Origin: Nitrospirota bacterium
GTDB taxonomy: Bacteria > Nitrospirota > Nitrospiria > Nitrospirales > Nitrospiraceae
Assembly: GCA_016222925.1 (NCBI GenBank)
Contig: JACRQB010000087.1
Coordinates: 1 to 45,155 of the forward strand
Length of the DNA stretch: 45,155 nucleotides
Direction of reading: 5' to 3'
Both the position numbers and the translations under genes were made by a program. Below, in pieces: positions 9,014-18,992 of this stretch. Numbering within the stretch: the first letter of the stretch is position 1; every line of letters begins with the position of its first letter. The notes under the pieces are model-generated. The model did not search any database and was not told the origin of the DNA. It was given only the letters and a program-made list of their open reading frames with translations.

Positions 9014-9862
9014 TCAAGAAGGGATCCGTCGTGGATCTCCGCGATCTCGAAAAAATCGAAACAGCAGGTAGCCGTTTATCAGAACTACGATCGACAATAT
9101 GCCGTAGGTTGTGAGGGTGGAGGCAAGGTGTAACTCAACTAACACGCGAGACAGACCGAAGCCTACTATTAACCCGTCGAATGCCATGCAAATGCGTCTG
9201 AATGTTTCAGGATCCATCAAGCGGATCAGATATGTACCGAGAGGAATTCCGATCATGACGCTGGGAACGATATAGGGGATTATTTCCATGCTGCCGGCAC
9301 TGTAGAAACCGATAAACCCGTAGGCAATGGCTGTGAGTGAAGACTCTGTCAGGCGAATAATCCCCAATGCCGCACGGAAGTCTTGTTTTGGATAGCCTTG
9401 ATTGTTAAAGAGGAGAGCCAAGGGGGGGCCGGAAATTGTCGTAAGGGAATAGAGGGTACCCAGCCCCACCCCAAATGGCACGCCTATAGCTTTTTCAGCG
9501 CGAATGGGTTTCCGAATGCCCGCTGCCTGAAGAAGAATCAAGGGCAGCAGAAAAAGATAGGTGACGAACTTGATCCATGCGGGCTGCACCAAAAAGAGAA
9601 GATAGCTGCCGATGCCGACTCCGACCGCCAGACCGCCAAGAATTGGAGCAACACGCCAGAAGACATTGGGGATGCTCTTTCGATTGATGAAGAGAACATA
9701 CGCGTTGATGACGAGTTCGATGAGCACGAGGGCCGGGTTCAAAATGCGATTGGTGAAAAATAAGAGGGCGACAGGAACCGTGATCGAGGAGAAGCCGTAC
9801 CCCAACGCGCCGTTCGCTGTGGCAGCGACAAATGTAATGAGGACAAGAACGACTACGTCCAT
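9014..9862 (-). CDS. TauE/SafE family sulfite exporter
   Basis: Multi-TM protein with G..GYGFS and TTISGPP repeats typical of TauE. Confidence 0.85.
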   Translation of the reverse strand: MDVVVLVLITFVAATANGALGYGFSSITVPVALLFFTNRILNPALVLIELVINAYVLFINRKSIPNVFWRVAPILGGLAVGVGIGSYLLFLVQPAWIKFVTYLFLLPLILLQAAGIRKPIRAEKAIGVPFGVGLGTLYSLTTISGPPLALLFNNQGYPKQDFRAALGIIRLTESSLTAIAYGFIGFYSAGSMEIIPYIVPSVMIGIPLGTYLIRLMDPETFRRICMAFDGLIVGFGLSRVLVELHLASTLTTYGILSIVVLINGYLLFRFFRDRGDPRRIPS

Positions 9863-9868
9863 GAGTGC

Positions 9869-10303
9869 TTAGCCTTTAGGATGGCCGGCGGCAAAGTCGG
9901 CAAGCGAATAATGATCGAGGATCCCAGCAATCGCATCACGGACTGTGCCCATTACTTGCTGTACGGGACAACGCGTCTTATTCGCATAGGGACAATCGCT
10001 GCATTTTTGGTACGCCGTCTTGCTGACGCAGCCGATTGGCGCCAGCGGACCATCGAGAATGCGTATGACTTGACCGAGGGTGATCTCGTTCGGCTGTTTA
10101 ATCAGGTCATATCCTCCGTTTACCCCACGTCGGCTGGAGACGAGTCCTGCTCGTTTGAGTGTGAGAAGAATCTGCTCCAAGAATTCAACAGGGATGTGCT
10201 GGCGATCGGCAATGTCGTGGCGCTGCAGCGTGGTCTTTTCGTGAGCGAGTGTGAGCTCCACCAACGCCCGGAGGCCGTATTCACTTTTTTTCGAGAGTTT
10301 CAT
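9869..10303 (-). CDS. Rrf2-family transcriptional regulator (CymR/IscR-like, Cys-bearing)
   Basis: KLSKKSEYGLRAL, FLEQIL..LK.AGLV.S.RG..GGY, IRILDGPLAPIGC...C..C......C. Confidence 0.92.
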   Translation of the reverse strand: MKLSKKSEYGLRALVELTLAHEKTTLQRHDIADRQHIPVEFLEQILLTLKRAGLVSSRRGVNGGYDLIKQPNEITLGQVIRILDGPLAPIGCVSKTAYQKCSDCPYANKTRCPVQQVMGTVRDAIAGILDHYSLADFAAGHPKG

Positions 10304-10493
10304 AATCTAGAGTTAGTTTATCAACATTGATTACAATAGGGTAATCCGCAATGGTTCGTCAAGGTCAAAGTTTCTGAGATGAGCGACCTTCGGTAATCTC
10401 ACACGTTGTTCCGGCATCTACTCCCAGCTTTTATTCCCTCCCTGCATACATTAAGATAGGCGGCGGGTATCGTCCTTCTCCACGAGGCCATTT

Positions 10494-11855
10494 TTGAAAT
10501 CCAAGATTGTCTTTTCTTGCCAAACCTGTGGACATCAGGCGCCGCGGTGGCTCGGTCGCTGTCCTGACTGTGGTGGCTGGAATACCATGAAAGAGGAGCG
10601 GCAAGCGGCGACCGGAAAGGGTCGTCCTGCTGCCATGAAGACAGCTCAGGCCAAAGCCACGCCTATCGGTGAAATCGAAGTCGTGGGAGAGGATCGTCGG
10701 CTCACCCGTATTGGTGAATTCGATCGAGTTTTGGGAGGTGGAGTCATTCCGGGCGCGGTGATCTTGATCGGGGGCGATCCTGGAATTGGGAAGACGACAC
10801 TGCTCTTGCAGGCCTTGCCACGGTTGGCGACGAAGGAAGCGCCTGTTCTCTACGTCTCCGGGGAAGAGTCCCCTCGGCAGATCAAGATGCGTGGGCAGCG
10901 GCTTGGTATTGAACACCCACATTTGCTGATCTTGGCTGAAACCTCGCTTGAGCTGATCCTCAAAGCGGTGCAGGAAATTGAGCCGGTAGCGGTGGTGGTC
11001 GATTCGATCCAAACGGTGTACACCGAACAGATTACATCTGCCCCTGGCAGCATCAGCCAGGTGCAAGAAGTGGCCGGACAGCTCATGTGGCTTGCCAAGC
11101 GGGCTGGTGTGCCGGTCTTTATCATTGGGCATGTCACGAAAGAGGGGGCGATTGCGGGGCCACGATTACTTGAACATATCGTCGATACGGTGTTGTACTT
11201 TGAGGGAGATAAGGGGCACAGCTACCGGATTCTCCGCGCCGTCAAGAATCGTTTTGGATCGACGAATGAAATTGGGGTATTCGAAATGAAGGATACTGGG
11301 CTTGAGGAGGTGAGCAATCCATCAGAGCTATTTTTGGCGGAACGCTCTCAGCGGAGCACCGGATCGGTGGTCGTGTCGAGTCTTGAAGGGACGAGGCCGA
11401 TACTGGTTGAGCTGCAAGCCTTGGTTTCCACAACCACCTATGCCATGCCCAAACGAATGGCGAACGGGGTGGAGGTCAATCGAGTATCGCTGCTGCTCGC
11501 GGTCATGGAAAAACGGCTGGGCGTACATCTTTCTGGACAGGATGTGTATGTGAATGTTGTCGGAGGGATGCATATCGACGAACCGGCGATTGACCTGGGG
11601 ATCGTAGCGGCTGTCACATCAAGCTTGCGGGAGCTGCCTGTCGAGCCGGGGACGTTACTGTTGGGGGAGGTCGGTTTGGGCGGAGAGGTACGTGCCGTCA
11701 GCCAAGCTGAATTGCGCATTCGCGAGGCTGCGAAGATGGGGTTCAAACGATGCATTCTGCCTGAACGAAATCTGATGAAGATCGACCCTATCGACGGCAT
11801 GGAGCTCATTGGTATTCAGGAAGTGCGAGAGGCATTGGATGTGGTGTTGGCGTAG
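10494..11855 (+). CDS. radA: DNA repair protein RadA/Sms
   Basis: C4 zinc finger (CQTCG...CPDCG), Walker A GDPGIGKT, KNRFG motif, Lon-like C-terminus. Confidence 0.97.
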   Translation: MKSKIVFSCQTCGHQAPRWLGRCPDCGGWNTMKEERQAATGKGRPAAMKTAQAKATPIGEIEVVGEDRRLTRIGEFDRVLGGGVIPGAVILIGGDPGIGKTTLLLQALPRLATKEAPVLYVSGEESPRQIKMRGQRLGIEHPHLLILAETSLELILKAVQEIEPVAVVVDSIQTVYTEQITSAPGSISQVQEVAGQLMWLAKRAGVPVFIIGHVTKEGAIAGPRLLEHIVDTVLYFEGDKGHSYRILRAVKNRFGSTNEIGVFEMKDTGLEEVSNPSELFLAERSQRSTGSVVVSSLEGTRPILVELQALVSTTTYAMPKRMANGVEVNRVSLLLAVMEKRLGVHLSGQDVYVNVVGGMHIDEPAIDLGIVAAVTSSLRELPVEPGTLLLGEVGLGGEVRAVSQAELRIREAAKMGFKRCILPERNLMKIDPIDGMELIGIQEVREALDVVLA

Positions 11856-11949
11856 AGCACGGGAAGTGAGCTGCAGACAAGGCATGCTGCTCGTGCAGCG
11901 CGCACCCCAAATTCATCGAATGATGATCACAATGGGCGGTGCGCGTTGT

Positions 11950-12837
11950 ATGCGCGCAGTAGAGTCTCATCTGCCGCTGCTTCTTTGTAGAGGGGAGAAT
12001 CGTGGGAAAACAAGGTGGGCATATTTTGTAGGCTTGTGCATCGCGACCTTCATGTCGGCTGGTTGTACTCTCATGACGCCAAAAGAAGAACTCCCTCTCA
12101 GGCAGGTGACGGCGCAGGAATTGACGGCTCTTTTGCGTCATCGTGAAGCGGCCATCCAGTCCCTGAAGGGATTATTCAGCGCGAAAGTGCGGGGTGGGCT
12201 CATCCCCATTGCATCACGAATAGAGGGTACGGTCTACTACCGCCGTCCGAATGCGTTGCGGCTGAGAGGGTTTACTTCTCTTGGAAACGAGCTGTTCGAC
12301 TTTGCTCAAGCGGATGATCTGTACAGGCTCCGCTTGCCGCTGGAGGGAAAAACCTATAGTGGTCACCAGTCCGAGATGAAAGATGCAGGAAAATTGGCTC
12401 GATTCTCCCAGCTGAGTGTCTGGGCGGTCGGTGGCGTGTTGGGGACGAACGCTATTACCAGGGATGAAATGGTTAAGGTCGTGGAAGACAGAGGTCGATA
12501 TCGTCTCGACGTCTATGCGTCAGCACTCGAGGGAATGAGCCCATCGCGTTCGCCGATCCACCGCCTATGGTTTGACCGCCGATTGCTCGTGGTACAGGAA
12601 GAGTGGCTTGGGTCGAGTGGGGAGGTCGAGGCGACGATTCAGTATGACGATTTTAGGCCGCTCGAGGAGTTGAAAAGTATTCCAGCACAGGCCTTGGGTG
12701 ATCAGGATGTTCGGCTATTTCGCCCGTTCAAGATTTCTCTCGAAGATGGTCGCGGACAAGGCTCCGTGCAAGTCATCTTCCACGAGATGTATCACAATCA
12801 CGCGATACGGGCGGAAGACTTAGGTCAGATCTCATAA
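11950..12837 (+). CDS. Hypothetical lipoprotein (LolA/LolB-like, DUF4292-type); start uncertain
   Basis: Lipobox MSAGC after a hydrophobic stretch. Long ORF in operon position between radA and tsaB. Confidence 0.65.
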   Translation: MRAVESHLPLLLCRGENRGKTRWAYFVGLCIATFMSAGCTLMTPKEELPLRQVTAQELTALLRHREAAIQSLKGLFSAKVRGGLIPIASRIEGTVYYRRPNALRLRGFTSLGNELFDFAQADDLYRLRLPLEGKTYSGHQSEMKDAGKLARFSQLSVWAVGGVLGTNAITRDEMVKVVEDRGRYRLDVYASALEGMSPSRSPIHRLWFDRRLLVVQEEWLGSSGEVEATIQYDDFRPLEELKSIPAQALGDQDVRLFRPFKISLEDGRGQGSVQVIFHEMYHNHAIRAEDLGQIS

Positions 12838-12843
12838 TCGTCG

Positions 12844-13622
12844 ATGAAAATCCTTGCGGTTGAAACAGCCACGACGTGGCAGAGTGTCGCGATTCTTGAA
12901 GACGACCGCATTGTCGCGATGCATGAGCAAGAGGCTGGTGGTGCGCAGGGCTCCCTATCGATCGATTGTTCTCTCAATCTGGATTGCGGCTTGGCGATCT
13001 GAGTGGTCTTGCCTGTTCGATCGGGCCAGGCTCGTTTACCGGTATTCGAGTGGGTATTGCCACGTGCCTAGGACTTCGGGGAGCCACAGGTCTTCCTCTC
13101 ACGCTGGTCCCGACACTGGAAGCCATGGCGAGGAATTTGGAAGCGGCGACCGTTCCCGTCTGTCCAATGCTGATCAGTCGTCGTGGGGAAGTGTACTGGG
13201 CGATTTTCCGTTGGACAGGGGATGGGCGATTTGATCGCGTTGTCAGTGAACAGGTTGGCCCCCCGGGCGCCCTCGCGCAGAGTCTCACCGAACCTACGTT
13301 GGTATTCGGGGCCGGCTGGTCGTCGATGGAAGCGGAGATTCGAGCGGCATTGCCTGCGTCGGTCACCGTGACGGTGGGACCACAGGACGTCTTCAAACCG
13401 TCGGCTATTCACGTCGCGCGTATCGGGCTGGAACGACTTCGATGCGGCGAAATTGCCGAAGATCTGGTGATGCCGCTGTATGTCCAGCGGACCGAAGCAG
13501 AAATCCAATACGAACGGTCCGGCGGTGTGTCGTCCGTTGTGAGACGTCGGCAGCGGGTTGACGCCAAAGTTGCCGAACGATTGGTTCGTGGGCGTCGGCG
13601 GTCGGATCGGCGGGACATGTGA
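12844..13622 (+). pseudogene. tsaB: tRNA t6A biosynthesis protein TsaB, frameshifted near 12956
   Basis: ATG at 12844 gives MKILAVETAT..QSVAI. The GPGSFTGIRVG...PTLEAMA half is in another frame, and the expected LLP-type residues are missing at the junction. Confidence 0.88.
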
Positions 13623-13631
13623 GCCGCTGCG

Positions 13632-14123
13632 GTGATGTCTGAATTTCAAATTCTCCCAGCGACCCCGGATATGTTACCGGACATCCTTGCTTTGGAAGAG
13701 ACTTGCTTCTCATCCCCGTGGACGCGCAAAATGCTCGAGGCTGAGTTAACAAGCAATCAATTTGCACATTTTCTCGTCGCGAGGCGGCGAGAGGAGTCGA
13801 TACCACAGGCCGAACCCACGATTTTCGGGTACCATTGCTTCTGGATTGTCTTTGAAGAGCTGCGATTGATGAATTTGGCGGTACGAGAGTCGATGCGGAG
13901 AAGAGGGGTTGGAAGAGCGCTTGTCACCGAAGCCCTTCGTCTGGGATTAGAGCAAGCGGCTACTCGAGCCGTCCTCGAGGTCAGAGCCTCGAATGATCCA
14001 GCGTGTTCTCTCTATGCGCGTCTAGGTTTTGTCCAGATTGGTCATCGCCCTCGGTACTACACGAATCCCATTGAAGATGCCGTGCTGATGGAAATGCATC
14101 CGCTCGTGATATCGAGTGGCTAG
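13632..14123 (+). CDS. rimI: Ribosomal protein S18 alanine N-acetyltransferase
   Basis: E..CFSSPW, NLAV....RRRGVG, LEVRASN..A..LY...GF..IG.RPRYY..P.EDA..M. Confidence 0.93.
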   Translation: MMSEFQILPATPDMLPDILALEETCFSSPWTRKMLEAELTSNQFAHFLVARRREESIPQAEPTIFGYHCFWIVFEELRLMNLAVRESMRRRGVGRALVTEALRLGLEQAATRAVLEVRASNDPACSLYARLGFVQIGHRPRYYTNPIEDAVLMEMHPLVISSG

Positions 14124-14195
14124 CAGCTGGCAAAGGTTTTGTTTTAGGGAGGTGGATCAGCTTCAACTGAGTCAATTTAACCAGGAGGTGTCGTT

Positions 14196-14435
14196 ATGTT
14201 GACGGAAGATGCGATTGTTGAACAACTTCGCCACTCCAACACCGAATTTCGGGAACTAGAAGCGTCCCACCATCGCCTGGACCTTGAACTGAACGAGCTG
14301 CAGAAGCGCCATGTCTTGACCCCGTCGGAAGAAATTGAGAAAAAGCGGATGCAAAAGGAAAAATTGGTGAAGAAAGACAAGCTTGCAGAACTGATTCGTC
14401 TCTACCGTGAGCACAGGCTCGAACCGGCGCGGTAG
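14196..14435 (+). CDS. DUF465/YdcH family coiled-coil protein
   Basis: EF..L...H..LD....L......E..KK....KL.KKD pattern. AGGAGG SD. Confidence 0.85.
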   Translation: MLTEDAIVEQLRHSNTEFRELEASHHRLDLELNELQKRHVLTPSEEIEKKRMQKEKLVKKDKLAELIRLYREHRLEPAR

Positions 14436-14480
14436 TAGGTTGATCGGCCACCGATTCTGCAGGCGGCTGAATCTGTCGAT

Positions 14481-15257
14481 ATGGAACAGGCCATTCATCC
14501 GCTCGCCTCCCACATCCAAGGCGTCAAGAGACGACTGATCATCATTGGTGCGACGGTCTTGGGTGCGTTGGTACTGACCTTCTCTTTTTCCGCCGAAATG
14601 GTGGCGTGGCTCAACCGACCCTTTTCAAACCAACTGGCGTTTTATGGCCCAACGGAGGCGCTGTTCGCTTCGATCAAGGTGTCGTTGTTGGCAGCCCTCA
14701 TTCTCAGTTTGCCGGTCATTTTTTATCAGTGTTGGAAGTTTATCGAGCCTGCTCTGTTGCAGAAAGAACAGCGTTGGGCCATCCCGCTCTTCATGGTGGC
14801 TGGGGGGCTGTTCGCGGTAGGGCTGGTCTTCTGCAATGTCGTGATTCTGCCGCTCGTGATCGATCTGTTCGTGAGTTTCGGACTCGATCGTGATATCACC
14901 CCTCAGCTGAGCGTTGGCACCTATATTGATTTTAACGTGAAATTTTTGCTCATCTTCGGCTGTGCGTTTGAGTTACCCTTAGTCATGAGTCTCGTGGCGA
15001 TGACTGGAGTGGTATCAGCGGATACGTTCGCTCGTTACCGCAAACATGCCATTTTGTTGTGTCTCATTGTCTCTGCCATCGTTACTCCTGATGCCACGCT
15101 CTTTACCATGCTTTTGATGGCGGTTCCCCTGATGGCGCTGTATGAGATCGGGATTCTCGGCGCTCGAATTTTCGGGCGAAAACCGGACTCAGGGGGGATC
15201 GATTTGCCGCTTGATCCGGATCTGCCGATGAATACCGCTGGAACGAGGCTACGATGA
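14481..15257 (+). CDS. tatC: Twin-arginine translocase subunit TatC
   Basis: FIEPAL...E, FELP, AIVTPD..T.L.MAVPL.ALYE. Confidence 0.95.
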   Translation: MEQAIHPLASHIQGVKRRLIIIGATVLGALVLTFSFSAEMVAWLNRPFSNQLAFYGPTEALFASIKVSLLAALILSLPVIFYQCWKFIEPALLQKEQRWAIPLFMVAGGLFAVGLVFCNVVILPLVIDLFVSFGLDRDITPQLSVGTYIDFNVKFLLIFGCAFELPLVMSLVAMTGVVSADTFARYRKHAILLCLIVSAIVTPDATLFTMLLMAVPLMALYEIGILGARIFGRKPDSGGIDLPLDPDLPMNTAGTRLR

Positions 15258-16333
15258 GGCATCGGACTGTAAAGGTTCAGTGCATACGCACGATTGCTTC
15301 TGTGATCATAATGTGGGGTGTTTTTCTCTGTCTGGGCGGCGGTGAGAGTCTCCAGGCTTCGGATCCGCTGAGGATTGCAGAGACGTCGACGGCCTCGGAG
15401 CCATCTGAACAATCTGCAGCCAGCGTGCAGGCTCTTGTGATAGGGAGTAATGGAGTCCTCTATGCCGGATCCTTCGGGCATGGGATTTTTCGAACCGTGG
15501 ATCGAGGCGCGACATGGGCTCCAGTAGGGGGTGGTATCACTGATCCGTTTATCTTGAGTTTGGCCTCCGCGAAAGACGGAGCCATCTATGCCGGTACCTT
15601 TCGTGGTGGAGTGTTTCGCTCACGAGACAAAGGGAACAGCTGGCAGCCAGTCAATGTGGGGCTCAAACGGCTTGAGGTCAAGGCCTTATTGGTGGTGGAC
15701 CATGAACTGTTTGCCGGTACCGGAGATGGCGTGTATCGCCTGCATGGCTCCGAAGATCGTTGGACGCCTGTGACGTCGGGGTTGGACGATATTCTGGTCC
15801 ATGCACTCGCTCGCTCTGCCGATGGAACTTTATTCGCAGGGACTTCCGGTCAAGGTATCTTTCGGTTTAGCCCTCGCTCTTCTGGCTGGGTACGCATGCG
15901 GCATGGATTGAAGGACCATGAAGGAATGATCGAAAATTTCATTCGTGTTCTTGTCATCGATCAGGATCAAAGTATTTTGGCCGGCACGTTCGACGGCGGG
16001 GTGTTTCGTAGTGCCGACAGCGGACTGACGTGGCGGCCAATCAGCCGTGCCCTGCCTAACGACTCCATCCGGGGTATTGTATTTAGTGACGAAGGAGTCG
16101 TCGTGGCAACCGGGAACGGAATTTTTAAGACCATCGATAAGGGCAAGCAATGGATTCCCCTCAATAAGGGCCTGGCGAGCCTTGCGGTGCAAGTGTTGAT
16201 CGGATCGGGTGATAAAGGTCTGTATGTGGGGACGAGTTCCGGGGTGTTTCGCAGCGATGATGGCGCCTCCTGGATAGCCGTCAATCAGGGGCTGGAGGTG
16301 GGAATCGCGCCCCCGCCATTTCTCTTTCGCTAA
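15254..16333 (+). CDS. Secreted BNR/YCF48-like beta-propeller protein
   Basis: Signal peptide and repeated AGT..GGVFRS.D.G.SW Asp-box units. Confidence 0.85.
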   Translation: MRHRTVKVQCIRTIASVIIMWGVFLCLGGGESLQASDPLRIAETSTASEPSEQSAASVQALVIGSNGVLYAGSFGHGIFRTVDRGATWAPVGGGITDPFILSLASAKDGAIYAGTFRGGVFRSRDKGNSWQPVNVGLKRLEVKALLVVDHELFAGTGDGVYRLHGSEDRWTPVTSGLDDILVHALARSADGTLFAGTSGQGIFRFSPRSSGWVRMRHGLKDHEGMIENFIRVLVIDQDQSILAGTFDGGVFRSADSGLTWRPISRALPNDSIRGIVFSDEGVVVATGNGIFKTIDKGKQWIPLNKGLASLAVQVLIGSGDKGLYVGTSSGVFRSDDGASWIAVNQGLEVGIAPPPFLFR

Positions 16334-16344
16334 ATTTAGAAAGG

Positions 16345-16866
16345 ATGAATGTAATGGCTGAGATAGGCGAGAAAACACGGGCAACAATAGCCGTGACAAG
16401 TAAGGGACAACCCATGGGAGAAATCGTACTCAGGTTTTTCTCGGATGTGGCGCCTGGTCACGTCAATAACTTTGTGAAGCTTTCCAAGGATGGGTTGTAC
16501 AATGGGACGACATTTCACCGGGTCATTCCCGGGTTCATGATTCAGGGAGGGGATCCCAACAGTAAGAATTCCGACCGGTCATCCCACGGAATGGGTGGAC
16601 CTGGTCATAAAGTAAAGGCGGAGTTTAACAGCACGCCACACAAACGAGGTATTGTCTCGATGGCCCGTGCGAACGATCCGGATAGCGCTGGGTCACAGTT
16701 CTTTATTTGTGTCGCAGATGCCAATTTTCTCGATTGGCAATACACAGCCTTTGGGGAGGTGGTCAGCGGAATGGAGGTAGCCGATAAGATCGTCACTATG
16801 AAGCGTGACGGGCGAGACAATCCGCTGGAGCGAGCCGAGATGACCGTCACGATCAGCGAGGAGTAA
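16345..16866 (+). CDS. Cyclophilin-type peptidyl-prolyl isomerase
   Basis: FHRVIPGFMIQGGDP, SMARANDPDSAGSQFFI, YTAFGEV. Confidence 0.95.
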   Translation: MNVMAEIGEKTRATIAVTSKGQPMGEIVLRFFSDVAPGHVNNFVKLSKDGLYNGTTFHRVIPGFMIQGGDPNSKNSDRSSHGMGGPGHKVKAEFNSTPHKRGIVSMARANDPDSAGSQFFICVADANFLDWQYTAFGEVVSGMEVADKIVTMKRDGRDNPLERAEMTVTISEE

Positions 16867-16883
16867 AAGGGTAGGGGGGAGAA

Positions 16884-17624
16884 GTGAGTTGCAAGGAAGC
16901 CCATAATCGGACAGGCTGGATCATGACCGGTCTCCTCACTCTGTACTCCGTCCTGTCGGTCGGTTGTGCCGCTCCGCATGTGCCAGCGAGAATTATTTAC
17001 GAGGATCCGGTCAATTTTGTGCGATTGGAAGAGGATTCGGAAGTGCTCGCGGAATGGCCACCGAGTCACCATACCCATCCGTTTACAATCGAACCGGATA
17101 AATTGCGGACGATTTTGTCGGGCTTGAAGGTGCAGGAGCATTGGATTGCGCTGCAGCGGTGGATGCGAGGGGAGTCTCCCTTGGTTCCGGCCTTCACGGA
17201 GGAGGAGTTGACTCTCTTGTCTGTGCGTCTATCGGAGGCGCTGGCTGAGGCGAAAGACAACGAACGAGTGACCTTTTATTTGAGCCAGCCGCAGACCCTT
17301 GCCCGCCGAATTATCACGACGGGTGGGTTCTACGTTCACGGGACGGAACTGCACATTATTCTAGGAAATTGGAGAATTATTTACGGCATCCCGGCCTATG
17401 GGATGATCTATGATCGACGTTATCCGATGCGACCGACCGCCGCGAAAGGCTTTGATTTAAGGTTTCAACCTGCTGAGGCCGTTGTTTCGATAAAGAGTAG
17501 CCTGCTGGATGGGATTTTAGCTAATTCTAAGGACGAACTCATCATCGATCTGACCAAGCTCAATCCACCCGACCCAGAGGTTTCTCTCATTCGATCGTGC
17601 TTGAATCATGAGTCTCTGTGTTAG
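16884..17624 (+). CDS. Hypothetical lipoprotein
   Basis: 246-aa ORF with lipobox-like SVGC, in operon position. Confidence 0.7.
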   Translation: MSCKEAHNRTGWIMTGLLTLYSVLSVGCAAPHVPARIIYEDPVNFVRLEEDSEVLAEWPPSHHTHPFTIEPDKLRTILSGLKVQEHWIALQRWMRGESPLVPAFTEEELTLLSVRLSEALAEAKDNERVTFYLSQPQTLARRIITTGGFYVHGTELHIILGNWRIIYGIPAYGMIYDRRYPMRPTAAKGFDLRFQPAEAVVSIKSSLLDGILANSKDELIIDLTKLNPPDPEVSLIRSCLNHESLC

Positions 17625-17702
17625 TACCAGCGGGTGACACGGTTCACGCTCGATTTGATGCAGGTAGGTTGCTGGAAGACTCGAAAAATGAAGCGAAACG
17701 TC

Positions 17703-18689
17703 TTATCGACTGCCTAGACTCAAAAGATACATATGGGGTACTTCCATTAGCGCTTCGGTGATGGACTGCCAGCCGAGCTTGCTTTGACCTTCAATGCGAT
17801 CACAAAAGCGGATGGGTAGTTCATCCACATCCGCACCCAGCTGCATGGCCCGCCAAGCGAGCTCCACTTGAAAGATGTACCCTTTTGCTCGGACGGTGGC
17901 GAGGTTCATCCGTGCCAAGAGCTCACGGCGATAGCAGCGGAATCCTCCTGTCCAGTCGTGGATGGTCGAGCCCAGGAAGAGGCTGACGTAGGTATTCCCG
18001 CAGCGAGAGACAAAACGACGGCGGGCGTTCCAGTTCTCGGTCCCGCCGCCAGGCACGTAGCGACTTCCGATCACCAGGTCGGCAGTGTGGCTTCGGTGTA
18101 CCAGGCGTGGCAGATCCCAGGGCGCATGGCTGAAGTCACAATCCATTTCGATGATGAGACTGTAATCCTGCTGCAGCGCCCACGTGAACCCCGCGAGATA
18201 GGCTGGTCCAAGTCCTTCTTTGTGTGGCCGGTGCAGGACGTGCACATGCCCATATCGGCCACTGAGCTGGTCGGCTAACTCTCCGGTCCCGTCCGGGGAG
18301 TTGTCATCCACGATCAAGATATCGGCGACAAGATATTGTCTGATTGCCCGAACAAGCGCCTCAAGATTGGCGCGTTCATTGTATGTTGGGAGGACAATGA
18401 GGATCGATTGTTTGAAATCGAACGGTGAGGTGGGGATGAGCGGTTTACCTGCCCCCACTTGGGAATATTCTAGAGACTGGTTTTTAGTAGAATTAACGGC
18501 AATGCGTGCGCTGTCAGCGCCACGGGCGATCAGCTCCTCAGCGAGTTCAAAGTTCGGTACAGCGTAGGCTTCATCCATGCCCAGCTCCCGGAGAGGCGTT
18601 ACGTCGCCATCCTTGCCGATGTGATGGAAGCGTATGGATGGTGCGTGAGTGTTATCGAACGGTGGAGCGATTGGTGGGCTACCGGACAT
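17703..18689 (-). CDS. Polyprenol monophosphomannose synthase (GT2, Dpm1/Ppm1-like), possible N-terminal extension
   Basis: LPTYNERANL, IVDDNSPDGTG, GLGPAY..GF, EMDCDFSH, GSRYVPGG, D.TGGFRCYRR. Confidence 0.9.
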   Translation of the reverse strand: MSGSPPIAPPFDNTHAPSIRFHHIGKDGDVTPLRELGMDEAYAVPNFELAEELIARGADSARIAVNSTKNQSLEYSQVGAGKPLIPTSPFDFKQSILIVLPTYNERANLEALVRAIRQYLVADILIVDDNSPDGTGELADQLSGRYGHVHVLHRPHKEGLGPAYLAGFTWALQQDYSLIIEMDCDFSHAPWDLPRLVHRSHTADLVIGSRYVPGGGTENWNARRRFVSRCGNTYVSLFLGSTIHDWTGGFRCYRRELLARMNLATVRAKGYIFQVELAWRAMQLGADVDELPIRFCDRIEGQSKLGWQSITEALMEVPHMYLLSLGSR

Positions 18690-18905
18690 GGAATGGTTTG
18701 CCTAGGGCAGGGCTATAGGTGGAGGGTGAGCTGTCTGCTCACGAAGGATGTGAGGAAGAATGGGCGTAAGATGCGTGAAGCTACACGGGTCATGATAGAA
18801 CGACAGCGTACTCTCCTTGTTGAAATCGGCGGTATTCTAGTCGACAGCAGATGAGGTGCGCAAGAAGAGATTCAGTCGGCTATGTCGGTGCGCTGGTTGC
18901 GCGTT

Positions 18906-18935
18906 TTGACAGTGCGGGAACGGCTATGCTAAAGT
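18906..18935 (+). promoter_or_regulatory. sigma70 promoter for the FAD oxidoreductase
   Basis: TTGACA-18 nt-TAAAGT with a TGn extended -10. Confidence 0.6.
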
Positions 18936-18992
18936 CCGCGATCCATTGATATTACAGGCATTTTTATCACTTAATCTCTTAAGGAACACTGT

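Noticed and set aside
15440-16290. Repetitive sequence in the beta-propeller gene as a CRISPR or DNA repeat
   Set aside because: The repeats are degenerate protein-level Asp-box blades, not identical DNA repeats with spacers
18716-18794. 26-codon minus-strand ORF (MTRVASRILRPFF...) as a leader peptide upstream of the glycosyltransferase
   Set aside because: The AAGGAG is about 18 nt from the ATG, and no attenuator structure or motif was seen
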